Assembly: GCA_051294905.1 (NCBI GenBank)
Contig: CM119372.1
Span: forward strand, 21,266,001 to 21,330,000
From: Botryllus schlosseri
Taxonomy: Eukaryota
DNA length: 64,000 nucleotides
Direction: 5' to 3'
Part shown: positions 36,301 to 51,300 of the stretch, one piece after another
Layout of the letters: each line of letters begins with the position of its first letter
How positions within the stretch are numbered: position 1 is the stretch's first letter
Notes under the pieces: model-generated
Database searches by the model: none
What the model was told of the DNA's origin: nothing
Seen by the model: the letters and a program-made list of their open reading frames with translations, nothing else
Made by a program: the position numbers and the translations under genes

Positions 36301-39300
36301 GATCTTTTTGATGTGAGTGTCTTGAAACAGATGGCATTGTGGCTGCATTTCTTTATTTCGTTATCAGCAGATTCTGTACTGTGGCTGTTGTTGTAGGTGT
36401 TCCAGTAAGTGAATTCGGCGTGTTGAATTAGGTCAGTTTGGCATAAGAATTTTAATAGCTGTCAGCATTATGAAAGCGAGGCATCAATGTTTCACCAAAT
36501 GTGATCGTAAATTGTGATGTATGTGATAACTCGGCACTAGACACTTGGTAAGTATGTGTTAGTGTATCCGGGCTAGGGGTTATATGTGGGTTGGGTTGGG
36601 GTTAGGATAGGGGGCAGGTTAGGATTATGCTGGATTAATCTGGAGCCTCTAATTTGTGAATTCACCAAGTGCCGAATCCGCTGGTAACCCATTATCAAGC
36701 GTTTTTGTCATGGCATGTGATACATTTTGAGTAGCCTATATTCTGTCACACATTTGTAAATTTTGGATTTACTTTGTCACACATGTCAAATCTGAGACCT
36801 GGTTCATGCTTTATGCGATGCAGGAAGCATTTTTTTTTACCGATGGACGCCGGATACGTCTTCAATAACGTATTCATCTTGTCAACAATGTGTCATTGGT
36901 ATGCGGTCTCATCAATTTTTGATGACTCTTTACGGTTGATTATTGCTATTTTGGTAAATCTTTATATCTTTGCATGCCTGACGCAGATTTGGCCATTGAG
37001 CACGTGCTGTATTGTGCTCTGGTGTAAGGAGTGACCATCTCTTTTTTCTTATAATTAGGCCAGGCTGGTGGCCGTTTAATATTGTTGGCATATTCAGTAG
37101 GGTTTGCCTGTTTAAATTAGTGAGGCATTCAATTAGTGATTGTTTTGTCAAATTTCAATGGCTCACTATTATGACTCTCGCTGTTTTGACACTCATCATT
37201 TCGAAGTCCACACTAGTTTGAGTGCCTCGTACATTTAAATGCTTCAACATTTGGTACATATTCAGGGATAACGCACAGTTATCTATCTAAAATTCAGCTA
37301 CTTATAATGAAAACTTAGTAGCTGTTGCTTATTTATATCAAGTTGTTTGATAGGATTATTTTCCTTTTATAGGATTGTTGTTATTCACCATCCATTATCA
37401 CAATAATGTGTCTTGGATATTATTTAATGCTGATTAGTTATCTAGCATAAGGGAGTATCGTACACTACTGCAGTGGAAATATATCCACACTCAAATCAAA
37501 GTTGAGATAAGCTCGAATCTCTAGGCTACCCTACTTTAATAGAATTAATAACAACCGGGTAACATTGCTAAATGTTGGCAATAAATTCAAGCCATTTTAT
37601 AATTCATTACTAACCCAAAGACATCAACTCCCGCAGTCAATGTAATATTTCAAATTAGCCCCGATTGTCTCAGAGTTGAACCTCGCGATTTAACACCTAT
37701 TTTGTTCCGCTTTTTACTGTCATTATATCTAGAGTCGTCTGATTTAATTTTTTCAATTAATTCATGTGCTGCTGCTGGCAATTTTTTCCCTGGCATTGGG
37801 AAAAACACCTCACGTTTACTGCCTACTTGCAATAATTTTCATCACTGAACACCCATTCCTTTCAGATTTACATTCCCGAGATTAAGAGCAGCCTTGACAA
37901 GTTTAATTTTAACGGATTTGTATCAAGGTGAGATAGAATGCCTTGTCTTATGTCAAATTATTCTGGGTTGTCATGAGTCATGACGCCAGCTTTGCCCTGT
38001 CAGGAATGTGTGAATTTAGGAATATACTCAATTCCAAATTTGCTATAATGGGATGGCTTCTGCTATTTTTTGTAATCTTCACGCTTCATGCCCATAGGCT
38101 AGAACTAGCACTGACTTTTCAAAATTATTGCTTAAATTTATTGATAAACCTGACTTGTTGGTAACATTCGTTCTGCTTTTCAGCGAATATTTTACACGGT
38201 ATTGCCAGTGGAAGAATCTTGAATTGAGTCTACATGTAAGTTGCGTGAAACGTTTATTTTGCTATCTAATGAGGAGACGTGATGACAGCCGCGGGCTGTG
38301 TGGTCTTGCCCTACCGATTGATCTGTGTCAGGCTTGTAGTCCTGAAGTTCCACACTGTAATACAGTAGAATGAAATACCAAGAAATTTTCTCTGGTAATG
38401 TACAGCTAAATGTTTTTTTGTATGTTTCCTGGTGAATAGATTGTTTTCTGATTGAAACTTTGGATTCTGAGTCCCAATTTCCACCACACGATTACTCCAC
38501 ATATTAATTAACACTGTCACGAACCTGGCTTTCAATTGGACTGGGCTGTCCATCTGATCTGGCACTGGCAATCTGGCATGTATGGCTATTGGAATCAGAT
38601 CTACTGGAAATAAAGCAAATGCTTGTGGCAATGTTATTCCAGTGTTGCTCAGTTGATGGAAAATTTTGAAGTCAATGAGCAACATAGATCAAATTGATAT
38701 GTCGCTATCAAGGTCGTGGCAACCACTAGGGACTAGATTGAGACTTGAGGGATTCCTCATCAAATCTATGTCCATATTATAGTGTAGCGACAATGATTGA
38801 TGGTGAATTTCGTGAGTTTCGATCTATCCCAGTTTTCAAAACGCTTATCTATATTATACAATGGCGGAATCGGCTCTTCAATCTTCAATCATGTAGCTTA
38901 CCATGCCATTATGAAACTTGTATTGCTGGTCAGGCTGGGGGAGGTTATAGCTCACTAAAACTTAGTTCCGGTGATGATTTCTATTTTATATTCTTGGGTT
39001 ATCTATGATCATAGTTGTAGAAATTATCTAGCTGGTTATGTTGAAGCAGAATCCATACATCACCTCGTACTTGTTAGAATGGAAACCACCATCTCACATT
39101 TATTTCTTGTAAAAACTTATGGATCTGATATATTTCGGTCTGATCTGATGGCCGTTTACAGTGGCTACACATTCTGTGATCAAACCGTATTGAGTGCTAA
39201 CTTTTGAAACTATCCATTTTCACATTGAGATATCGTAATGGATTTGTCACTTTGTAGCTCGTATTATAATGTAGTAGCTTTAGAGCTCTTTTTAATTTTA

Positions 39301-42300
39301 TTTCGGTACAGCCACCAAGTCAAGCATATTGCACATTTACAACCAGCCATATGCACAGCTTACTGACTTTTACTTCACAATCTCTTCTGCGGCTGAGGCA
39401 AGAAGACACAATTGCACATCTCGATCAGTCCTTTTGTGATCTATACCAAATGCTTTGAGATCTTGATCAATGGAAATGCTGTATGTTTTTGTTGCATTTA
39501 TGATGACGTACAAATCATGGGGAACTTATAAATTTACAGTATAGTAGCTATTGTCCCGTTAAGCCAGTAAATTTTTTTGAATATTTGCCACACACTTATA
39601 TTTTAGATGAGAATTGTGTATGTGTACACATAAAACCATTAGTACCGCATCACATATCTGTGTTGTTTTACAATTATCATATTGTAGTTATCTCCATCCA
39701 CATCTGTTCAAGATTACGGATTCAGTGAATGGATACAGATATTAATTAGCAGTTTTCGGGCTGTTACTTAGTATTTGTGAAATAATCGTGTTTTTAATCA
39801 ATTATTGAGCATACTTCTGAACTTGTCAATTACCGGCCACGTTAAAGAACGCCTGTCTGTGATTCATATAAGGTATCTTGATAATGCCTCCAATTTTTGG
39901 ATTGGTATAGAAATGGCCAATGAAAGAAAGATCTTTGCTCCAAATCTAAAGCTAATGCCTGCATTCCCCTGCATGGTCTTTCCAGAATATTCGTTCTCTA
40001 GGGATTGCAATGGATTTAATCTCATCTCCAGGTTAGCCTGAGCCTGATTTGATGTCTCTCAACAGAATACATTGCTCAATACAATTACTCTGATCAAGTG
40101 GCAGCTTGCGAAATTTTATTATTTATTTGATTTTATGGTCTGACCTAATCTGTCCCCGAAACTAATTCCATGTAATGAATGGCAACCACGAAATTATGCC
40201 ATGGCATTAAGAAAACCCGCGAGGTACTTTCTAGACAAATTTAGGGGCTGAGACTGATCTGAAATCGTCTATCATAATGGTTAAACTGACCAACTTGCCG
40301 AGGCTATGTATGTAGGCCTAGATGTCAATTTTGCAAAAGTTCTCTGGGAGTCTGCGTTGCTGCCAGTAGAAATAGCTCTTGCAGACTACAGATAATTTGA
40401 TTAGGAATGGAAAATGGTTGATGAAATGGGAGGCATACCTACTGATGTTACCGTATCAATTTATCTTTTGTTAATAGCCTACCGCCAAATCTCAAATGCG
40501 GTACATAACCCAGAAAGGTTAACAGTGTAGTAAGTATCCGCAAATTACAAGCCGTCGTCTGCGGCTGTGATAGTGATGTATGAGTTGCCTGTGGTTTTGA
40601 ATATTTCACTTATCAAAAACAATGTCTATCTATCCTAGCACCGAGTACTTGATACCTGATAAGGTGTGACGCATAAGAAGTATCTACTTCAACTTCCAAT
40701 GCTAATCATGTAGAAGTTGTTTAATTCGAAGAAAAGCACTTCAAGCAATCAGCTCAAGTGGAACTACTTTGTTATCAGCCACCTTCTTCATACCAACAGA
40801 ATTATAGTATTAAATTTGCGGTATCCTACTCTTTAAACAGAGATATGACTGCGAGCCCACCAATGCAATATTGATGTCTGTTTTATTCGGCCTTACGTAG
40901 TGATTCTTACGATACGGCGAACTTGATCTATGCGCCTATTCGCTGATATATCATACTTCAACCCGGCGATTCAAAGCCGCGCATAGTTTATTTCTGTCGA
41001 GGAGATGACCTATGGTATAATTTGTGTGAGATTTTGATTGATCTTATGCCTGGGTGGGGATACGCTTCAACGAGACTTGTTTTTGCAGTTATCAATGAAC
41101 GATTTCAGTGTGCATCGAATTATTGGGCGAGGTGGGTTCGGTGAAGTATACGGGTGCAGGAAAGCAGACACTGGCACAATGTGAGTATCCTAATGGTGAG
41201 AAATAGTATATTCTCCGAAATATCAGCAACTGGTCTTACATCGCTGCTGAAACCTGTAGGCCCTCATGGTTTGTGGAGTCGAACGTCCTTCAGCATTAAT
41301 CTAATGCAAAGCTCACGACAAAACCAACTTCACAAAATTTGCAATTCACAAGTGAAGTTAACTCCTGCCAAAATCTATGAAAGCGTTTTTTGCTATTCTG
41401 AATCCATGCCGCGATTCCGATGGTGTACTAGAGAAATTGATTAAGGTGATGAAATTTAGCTGAAATGGAGTCTACAAATAATAATATGATTAATGGTAAC
41501 TGCCGTGTCGAAAGACAAATGATTCACTTTTGCAAGCCAGCTATGTGGACACTTGACTTCTGTTCCATCCATGGTCAAAAGAGTCTCGTCGAATGTTTCC
41601 TTTCTGAAATATATTGGCGTTAGTACATTTGCACATGTCACTCAATTTGTACTAATATCAATACGTACCAGAGCATTGATATCATCATGCAACTCTGTAA
41701 CCACCAATTATGTTTTTTGATCAAGCAAACCTACTTAACCTTGCATGGCTATCATTATAAGTACTACTTGGATTAATACGCTGTCATTAACTACGTCCAA
41801 CGGCCTTGTTTACACACAACGTTACAATATTGTGGTTATAAGATCGCGTGGAGCGTGCTAACTATGAGAAAACACCGGCAACACCTTGAATCACACTCCC
41901 GCTGTTTCCAGGACTATCGCTTTTAATAACCTACATCATCCAGGAAAGGTCAATATTGGCCTATGCCCACAATGTGTGTTGTGTTTAATTAAATTCCTAT
42001 TCAATTTCTTATGGATTATTTGTACAGTTAATGCCGAAGTGTCAGTAAGAATGATACGTTTTGACAATACATCCTTTTTGTCTACGAATCCGGCTTATTT
42101 GAATTTGAAAACACAGACTGCTTTGTCTATTTCTTGGTTTTATGCTGTAATTGAAGTGTGTTACCCGACGTATTCTGTTTGTAATGTCGTTTCGTGTGAA
42201 ACCCTTTACTTTTGAAGGTACGCGATGAAGTGTCTTGATAAGAAACGAATCAAGATGAAGCACGGCGAATCGCTGGCGCTCAACGAAAGACTGGTACTAC

Positions 42301-45300
42301 AAATGGTCGGTGCAAGGAAGTCGTTGTTGTTAAACATTTTGTGTTAACACGCTCGCATTGTGCATTTCAGCTGGACTCGCCATTTATTGTGTGCATGACA
42401 TACGCATTTCAGACTCCGGATAAATTGTGCTTTGTTTTAGACTTGATGAACGGTAAGCATTGTAGTTTTGTGGAACCGCGAGTCTGTTTGTGTTTCACCT
42501 TATAAATACTGAATAGCTCGCACACACCATTATGTACCATAATTTTTACTGTTTCGAGTTGGTCAGCGGTTATTTAAACCGGTCATTTTGATTTGAAGTC
42601 TAAATGGAATTAGGTCAATGTAATGAAATTACGTTGAAAGTCGCGATCCAATTTGAATGCTCGTGTGACGTACCGTAACGGAAGGTCCAAAGAATTGAAT
42701 TTATTCGACTTTCCGACAAAGATACGGAAGCTGGTTGACTAAGCCGTTTTACTGATAGCTTTCAAAACGTTTCCATTCCTGCAAACCCACGGCCAGGCCG
42801 CAGTGTCACAGAGCCACATTTTGTTTCAAGGTTTTATTTTTGTCGCTACTGTCACATAAATATGTTCTGGAGCGGTAAATTGATTTATGTTATTGATTTA
42901 ATTAGTGCACATGTGCAGAGGGCATACCCGGCTCTTAGTTTGAAAGGTTCTTTAATAATCATGCCGAAGACAATTTCCAAATGAAATTAGCACTCTCATG
43001 TTATGCATACTTCCCGAAATAGCCCACTTGAACAAATACTTATCCAATATCCTTCTTTCTTATCAGTAAAACACACATTTTATCACCTGAGATGATTCGT
43101 AACTGATACTCCTGAGAAGGCGTCCTTAGTCAGACAGGTGGCGGATCGATGTGTTTTTAAGTTGATGACGTTGAGTAAGTGACGAATTACTCGTCGCGAC
43201 TAGATAGCTAATCAAGACAGTCTGCTTCCCATTAAAAGATGTTGAGGAAGTGGTTCATAATAGACCTTAGTCGTAATACGCTTCCCCATGTGTCGAGGGT
43301 GTTAAGGTAATTATCCCTACTATAATAAGTCATTTCAAAAAGCAAATATTTTCGAGGGGTCGTATAATTTAGTTGCTAATCGAAGGTGGCTACTTTAAAA
43401 CAGCCAGATACATGCTTGTTAGTCGCAACTAACACAAAATGACTACAAACAAGGCAAATAGGTGTAGTTCTCGACAATATATTTAGTTACTGTAATCCAG
43501 GGGCTATTTCGTACTCTGTTATGACAATTTTGCTCATAGCAGTGCCACAACTATATCCTAAAACTACTTTTTACTAAGTATATAAGTAAGTATTTTGCCT
43601 AAATAGCTGTTGCGTAGAAGGGGAAGTAGTAGAGAAGTAAAGTAAGTAATACAAGTAGGCAAATCCTATTCGAGTGTTCCAAACGAGTAGTAGTAGGCCT
43701 ATTATGTTACAGACGGCGTTTAGCGTCAATCTCTTTTATATTTTGTACGGAGCGATTGATTGTCTGACCGCCTTGTGGACCCCGTCACGTTATCAAAATA
43801 CTTGTTTGTCACGAGTAGCTGTAGCCAAGCACCGCCATTTGAGCATGCGACATGATGAAGAACGACAGTTAAGCATGCAACGCTTGACATGCGACCATGT
43901 AGCAGTTGACTTCATAACTTCAAACTCCAACCCTAACCCTAAATAAACCTCAACCAACATGCTCAAGTGTCGCTTGCTACGTCTCCCATGCTCATATGTC
44001 CATATACCCTTTTTGCGATCCGGTATCAGGTCGAGAGAAAAACTTCAATAAATTTATGTATATATCCAATGCAGGCGGCGACATGCATTATCATCTCACC
44101 ACGCGAGGAATGTTCACGGAGGAGGAGGTACGATTCTACGCCGCCGAAATCGCACTCGGACTGGTGCACATGCACTCGAAAAAAGTCGTTTACAGGGATC
44201 TCAAGGTAGGGTTTCTCGAGGTTTAGTGACGATTTTTCGATTGAGTTTTGAGCATCGTCTTCTTAAAAGTTGTCCGGACGGCCAAAGTGGAATGACTTAT
44301 TTGAGTGGCATAGTTCACGGCCTAGAGCAGGGATCGGGTCACCAATGCGGTGCCCGCGGGTTCCAGGTAGCCCGCGAGCCTCTTCTAAAAATAGATTGAA
44401 TAGCAGCATTTACCAATATACGTAAGATTATTACGAGTGAGCTTTTAAACATACATATCGATTTATTGATTTAGCTATTCTTGTTTAAATCACATATAAC
44501 TTACAAATGACACTTCATATATATAAACACTTGAAATGATGATACCAAATATGCTCAATTACAATTAGTAATATACCAACATGTAGCAGAATCACAAGAT
44601 ATCAAAGACGTTGGCTACGGCGCACTGCCTATACAGGCGACATGACGAAATGCCATCCACGGTCTTCTTGAAATGGCGGGGGGTTCCGTTATGGTAGCTC
44701 GACGTCCAGGACAATGCCGAAGTAGTAAACAACATTACTATTCGGTAACATATAGCCGTGAAGTACCAGCAGATTTTCAATATCTGAATGCCCATTACGT
44801 ATTGCATCTTTTGACACAGCTTATTTCTCTTACACTCAACACAGTTTAGTACCATGTTTCTAACTTTCCGTAATCGTTGCTGATGGTATAGTGTAGTTCA
44901 GTGGACGCTGAACAGTTGGCGATTGAAATTGTAACTAAAAATGACCTCCACCTTGAAGCCCACCAGGCTGTAGCAAACTTGGTGCCTCGTTGACACGGAG
45001 GAAAAGTTAAGTGGTGTATGCGTAGCAGCTATGAAGGTTACAAGCGTGTTTGGTTATACTTATCGTTGTGAATCAGCCTTTTTGGACATGAACTTCATCA
45101 AGAACAAAACACTGAACACGCCTCACTAATACCCATCTAGTGCTAAGTAATTTCTTAAAAAAATCTTTCGTGGGTAGCTACTAGAAGTGAGATGTTTCGA
45201 TTTAAAAGACTCGCTTAAAAGTCTTACCACAATGCGATTTCTGCCCAGTGCTATGAATTTCAAAGCGGAAATACAGTATAGTACGGGTAAACGACGGGAG

Positions 45301-48300
45301 TAAATGGTAGCCCGTCGCTTCAATCAATACCCAAGAAGTAGCTCTTGTTTGCAAAAAGATTGGTGACCCCTGGCCTAGAGCCACCGATGGCGGTCGCAGT
45401 CCACGAAGGTTGCTGGAGACGGAAATGTTCAAAGTAATTATTTTTGGTACTCATGTACAAGTGAAAGCTAGAGATCTTGGAATAAGTAAGAAAGTGAATA
45501 GGTATGCTAGGTCTAGTTTTGCTTGAAAATTGAAAACTATCGAGTAGAAGTAAAGTAGTCGTAAATCATAAACACTTGAGTGAGAAATGCTAGCAGGCTA
45601 ACGCTACCTGAGTACGCTGAAAAAGTAGGAACAGCCTTCTTTGTTACTGACCACCTCTGGCAGGGTGAAAGAATCTAAGACCCCGATTCCCATCTTTGAC
45701 AAGTTTTATGATTAGTTCCGAGTGCTGATATTATCCGTCCTTTGTTATTTATTGATCGGTATTTGTCATTGCGGGTGCGATACTTTTTCGCGGGAACCTC
45801 GATACAAGGCGACATGTAGCGCACGGCTATCTGGCACAGTATTGTCTCAGATTACAATCGCAGATTACTGTCCGCGAATTGTAATTTTGAAATAATTTTA
45901 GATTTAAGTATCAGTAGCATTGTTTTCTTCAGTGTCTCAGGTCAGTCCGGGGTGTATGATATGTCTTATGATTATGATATAACATGCTGTATTCGAGCAC
46001 TCGATTTTTGCTGACCCCAGATATGCGGCATCTCTGTATTGTTCAATGCGATATTCCATCTGCAGAATTTGACATTGCTGTCGTCGATACTGATCAGTTT
46101 AGAACGCAAGTAATTGTAATGTACAATGTGATTTAATTAACAGACTGGCGGATGACCAGTGACGGTCTCTTAATGTGGCATCCACTTCCGTCTAGTACCC
46201 GATCTTGATCTTTATTCCGCTGTCATTTATCTTTAGACGTTTTTTCCTCACTCTTTTCATTTGTTCTTTGTGTACGTCCTTCATCGCCGATAAATTTTTT
46301 TCTGGTAATAAAATTTCTGACTTGCAAGTTCCGCTGCGTACTGCTTTCCTAAATCACGTCAATATTCCTTTACAGCCCGCGAATCTCTTATTGGACGAGA
46401 AGGGCCACCTCAAGATTTCCGATCTCGGACTGGCAGTGGACATCACCAAGAAGAGGCCGTTTGCGAGCGTGTAGCCTCTCCTATGCCCAGCCCGGGTCTT
46501 GTGTGCCTCGACAACCCTTTCTTTTCTCTCGTTGCAGGGGCACTCACGGGTATATGGCGCCGGAAGTGATCAAGAGAAATGTCTCTTACGGCTGCGAGGC
46601 GGATTGGTTTTCGTACGGGTGCACTTTGTACAAACTGTTGCGCGGTCACTCGCCTTTCCGCACCCATAAAAGCAAGGACAAAGCAGAAATCGACAGACAG
46701 ACTTTGTGCACCGTAAGTCGATTTTTCGGTTAGAGCAAAGCATCAGGACAGGCGGTAGTGAAGGACTTTTACCTAAAGGACTGTAGTAAGTTATATCCAG
46801 ATACGCTATCTACTCAGAGCATTGAAGGGATGTTATGAAGTACTCTGACTTGAAGTACTTTAGTAGGTTATGTCGGCATGCGCTACTTACCCGGAGCGTT
46901 GAGGGGGCTGTATTGAAATACCGGTACTTCTACTTGGAGTATTTACTAGGGTAGGTCCCCTCTGTTCTACTTCTATTTGAACACTTTACAGGGGTTCTTA
47001 TTCTCTATATTTTTGACTTGGTGACTGAAACGCTGAGCGAATTTTATTTAAACGTTATTGTTGTGCAATCTGACTCCAGAAGGTTGCTTCGTATTCGCTG
47101 CATATAATTTCTTCTTCCGGCGGACCTGACTCAATCGCGTGTATTACTATGATGTGATACGCGGCAGCCTGTCTTAGAGACAGACGCACAAAGACACGAC
47201 ACAACGACGTTTGTTCTAACTGCTCCAACTGTATCGTCTTGATTGAAACGGATAGATTTTCGGATTTAATTAGAATTTCATGACACATATAAATATATTC
47301 ATATCAATTCGACAGTGTCATAGCGAGGCATTTCTTATCGGGTGTTTCTTGGGAATGTTAATGTCTTGAGATAATACGAGACGATTTGTTCGCAATTATT
47401 TTATCCGGCGTACAAAATGGTGTATGAATATATTCCGTTATAATGACCTTATTTGGTCTTATAATCAGTTATCACCAGAATAACGAAACGGACGATACGA
47501 ATACTGGTAGGCCATGCAAGCTACCGATGCTGTCAAAAAGGTTTTGTCCTCTGCCGTCTACTTCCACCTATATTACTTAAGTAGGTTAGGTGTACTTTTA
47601 AAACCTGTCACGTTGTACTTCTACACGGGAGCCTTCAACAACTTTCGACTGTCGCACGTCAGCATGATCTAAAATTTGGTTAAGACCTGACACTCGCGTT
47701 TCTTTGCAGGAGATCAGCATGCCAGAATCATTTTCTGACGTTTTATCCGACTTCATGACAAGACTTCTCAAAAAATCTCCGTCCGAGCGACTCGGATCGG
47801 GACAAGCCGGGTACGTCTGCTGGTCTCATGTCACTGGGATTGAGATGAGGGAATATCTGTCTATTGTAACAGACTCTGTGGCCACTCTAAATGTAGTGCA
47901 TGAACCCAGAACATGCGATATTATGAAATGATTGCAAGACAGCAATTGTGTCACAATAAATTCGTGAATTCATACCAATATTCAAAGAATTTGACCCTCC
48001 ACTAAAAAAAGGAAAATTCCACTTCCCCCGCCTACTATCTTATCCTTGCCACGATTGTGTTAGTGATACATGATGTACACTGTACGTTGTACAGTTTAAT
48101 AGTAACCAAAGCCACGTTTGCAAGTTGTGTGAAAATGGTACTTCTTTAACGTAGCACCTTTGTGATGAATTTTAACAACATTACGGCCAATCGTTTCAAT
48201 TGTTGGTTTCGTTGCTGTGCAATACTGAAATAGTAATGTCAACACCATCGGACAGATATTTTGGGGATTAGCTCAACCGCTAGTTCTGTCACGGATCGGT

Positions 48301-51300
48301 TTAGGAATGAAACAAGTTTTGTTCTCATTTGCCACTGATTCTTCATATTTGTATGGTTCTTTTCCTTGGACGGTGTAGTTACGGCCGTTGGTAATGCATG
48401 GTAGTTTCGTCGAACCAGAGAATTTTTTATAGATAGCTGCCTGTATTCCTGTGACCGTTTTCTATCGACCTAATATTGACGTTATAGACGAGTAACAGGT
48501 TGCTGTCATCAATCAATGCTAGCATTTCAATAGACTGGTGTCTTGACCGACCGCAATGGTATTTGTAATTAAGATTCCATATTGAAGATGAATATATTCT
48601 TGATAAGCACGGTTGGAAATGCTCTTTGTATTCAGAACCGATGCTGTTATGCGCCATCCGTTTTTCGGCGGTGTCGACTGGGCTCAAGTTACCTCTCAAA
48701 AGGTATCCTGCATTATGTCGACGTCACCTTCTCTCTGAACTTCATTTTAGTTCAGTGCTATTGTTTTAACACAATTTACGGGGAGCTCGATGCGTTTGCA
48801 TGCGGCAAACCTGACTTCCCACAAACTATTAGCGCCTGCTCGCTAATCACTTAGCTGCATTTCATTCGCTATATATCTCGCGACGTTTCGTCTTGGAGGT
48901 TTGTGGAGGCGGGTTATAGGTTTGCTGCCTGCTGAGGGTTGCTATCGTTAGCTGCACCATTTCGCGTGCTCAGGTTGTGGGTTCAGTCTAACGCCATCGA
49001 CAGGCGATACGGTTTAGAAATGGAGGATAAGATAGTGTAGTTTATAGTTTTGCCAGGCTGTACGGCAGTCGGCACGGTTTGGAAATGTTGGCACCAGGCT
49101 TTGGACGTATAAGTGTAGGGGGATAGGGTCAAATCAAAAGTGATCAAATCAGAAGTGATAGGGGTTGGGTTATGGGCGCCATGATGTGACTTGCTACCCA
49201 GCATAGTCGCATGTTACCAGAGATAATCAAAGTAGTCATCCTTGATGCTTAAGTAGAAGTAGCATAGTAAATTCATACCCAAGTTCAAGAGGTGTAATGA
49301 TTTTCAAGACAATTTAAAACTGCTCAAGGGAAAGTAGAATATGACGGTCTGAAAAGTACCCGAGGAAGTAGATCCAAAAAGTAGATTTATCTTAAGGACT
49401 GCACACAGTGATAGCGAGGCGACTACTCTTGAAATAGCAGGCAGCATCTTTGTGACTAACGCATAATGATTAAGGACGCTAAAAATAGGTGGATTTTTGA
49501 AAATGATTCAGTTACCGTGGTACACATTATATTATATTATATCAGTCTCAATTTCACTCATAAAGGTAATGCAGCCATATCCCAAAGCTACTTTGTACTT
49601 GAAACACATAGTTTAAAAGGCAAGTAGTGCGTGTAGTATAAAAACAAAGTGGTAAGGCAATTAGGCAAAACGTACTCAAGTATGCTGACAGAGTAGTAGC
49701 AGTTCGTTACAAACCACCCTAGTAGTTACGCCAAGGTGGTGGAATCCGGGCCGATTCTGAACTGTTCGGACGAGCCTTCGAGGGTGAAAACTTGAAACCT
49801 GTTTCTGTTTAATAAATCCAAAATCCGGGTCTTCAACTTCAAACCATGCACTGTCATATGTCAAAGTACATTGTGCTCTGAATATGATGCGGTCTCAGAT
49901 TCAAGCTGATAGTGTGAAAAACATTTTGGCAGCAGCCATTTTCCTCAGCGCGCCACAGTATTCGAACTGCGGCTAAAAGATTTTCACGAGTCGCCCTATT
50001 GCGCCCCATCGATCTCTGTGGTATCGTGGTGACACATCACCCTGATTAATGCCTTGCGAAACTTCTGACACGCATTTAGTCACTGTTGCATGTTCTGGAT
50101 ACGTCTAACAGTTACCAAAGAAAACGGATTTCGGATAATCGTCTGCCGATGTCACGCAGGAATTTTAGGTAGCGGTCAGCCAATATTATACAAAAATCTC
50201 GTAAAGGGTCTCTAGAAGTGACGACGCATGACCTCGATATCACAGTTATATATTGATTGGATTGGTAATATTCTTGAAAATCTTAGGGCTACAGTTTGAA
50301 TATGGTGACTTTCTGAGGAAAATTGACTGCTGCCAAGAGACTACATCATATGTAGAATGCAGTACCATTTCAAGATACCATGGGCTCTGACCGTAACAAA
50401 TCCATTCGTTTCGGGCGACTTGGCTTCATTGCTAGTTTCCCGAAGTGCGCAATGCACGCAGTAACACAATTTATCATTCGTTTTCCTAGTACTTGCCTCC
50501 TTTCCTTCCACCACGTGGCGAAGTGAACGCGGCGGACGCTTTCGACATCGGCAACTTTGACGACGACGATACCAAAGGAATCAAACTCACCGACGACAGC
50601 CAGGCCATCTACAAGGACTTCGACCTGATTGTTTCCAACCGGTGGCAGCAGGAAATCTGCAGTGAGTCTGGCCCGAAAGTGTAACGTCGCGGCTGATTTC
50701 CATAAATTCTCATTCGCGTACGAAAGTGAAATTCTGATTTTCAAGTCGTGCGCGTGCTGATCTACTGAAGTATGTAGGTTGGGAAGAGGTGTCAATCGGC
50801 AGTGACAGTTTTTAAAATTGATATATGCCGTCGCACGTGTTCGCGATTAACACAACACGACTATTGAAAATAGGTGCGGTTCTTAAAAAATTTATAATAT
50901 GCTGTCGCCACACCGGGCCTGCATAGTACAGTTGCCGCGGTCTAGCTCCGGAAAAGTTCCTTACCTGCTACCTTGGTTGGACCTATTCCCTTGTGTGTCG
51001 GCAAAAGAACTTTCGTTCTTTTATAGTCCTGTGAGTTGGGCTGGTGTATTTTTTATAACTTTTGTTCACTAGGACATAATCTCGATAAAACTTTTTACTA
51101 CAAAATGACGTAGTTACTGTGGATTGATAAATTGTGTAAATTGTCTGTAGCACATTATTTTAAATGCGGTGGTAGCATGCTTTTCGCGCACTTCTTGCTA
51201 GATTCTGTTCTGTATTCGATATTTCGTGGAGTCACGGCCGGGTTTGGCTACACTCGTCTGCTTTTTACCCTTTTGCTGCTTTCTTTACCCATCGATGCTA

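Noticed and set aside
43925-43950. AACCCTAACCCTAA telomere-like motif (G-rich analogues at ~36570-36620 and ~49120-49175)
   Set aside because: Only about two units; such motifs are common inside non-autonomous transposons, so this is not evidence of an interstitial telomere.
46960-46985. TTCTATTTGAA resembling the ascidian spliced-leader sequence
   Set aside because: Partial match inside the AAGTAG repeat family, with no following GT donor or Sm site.
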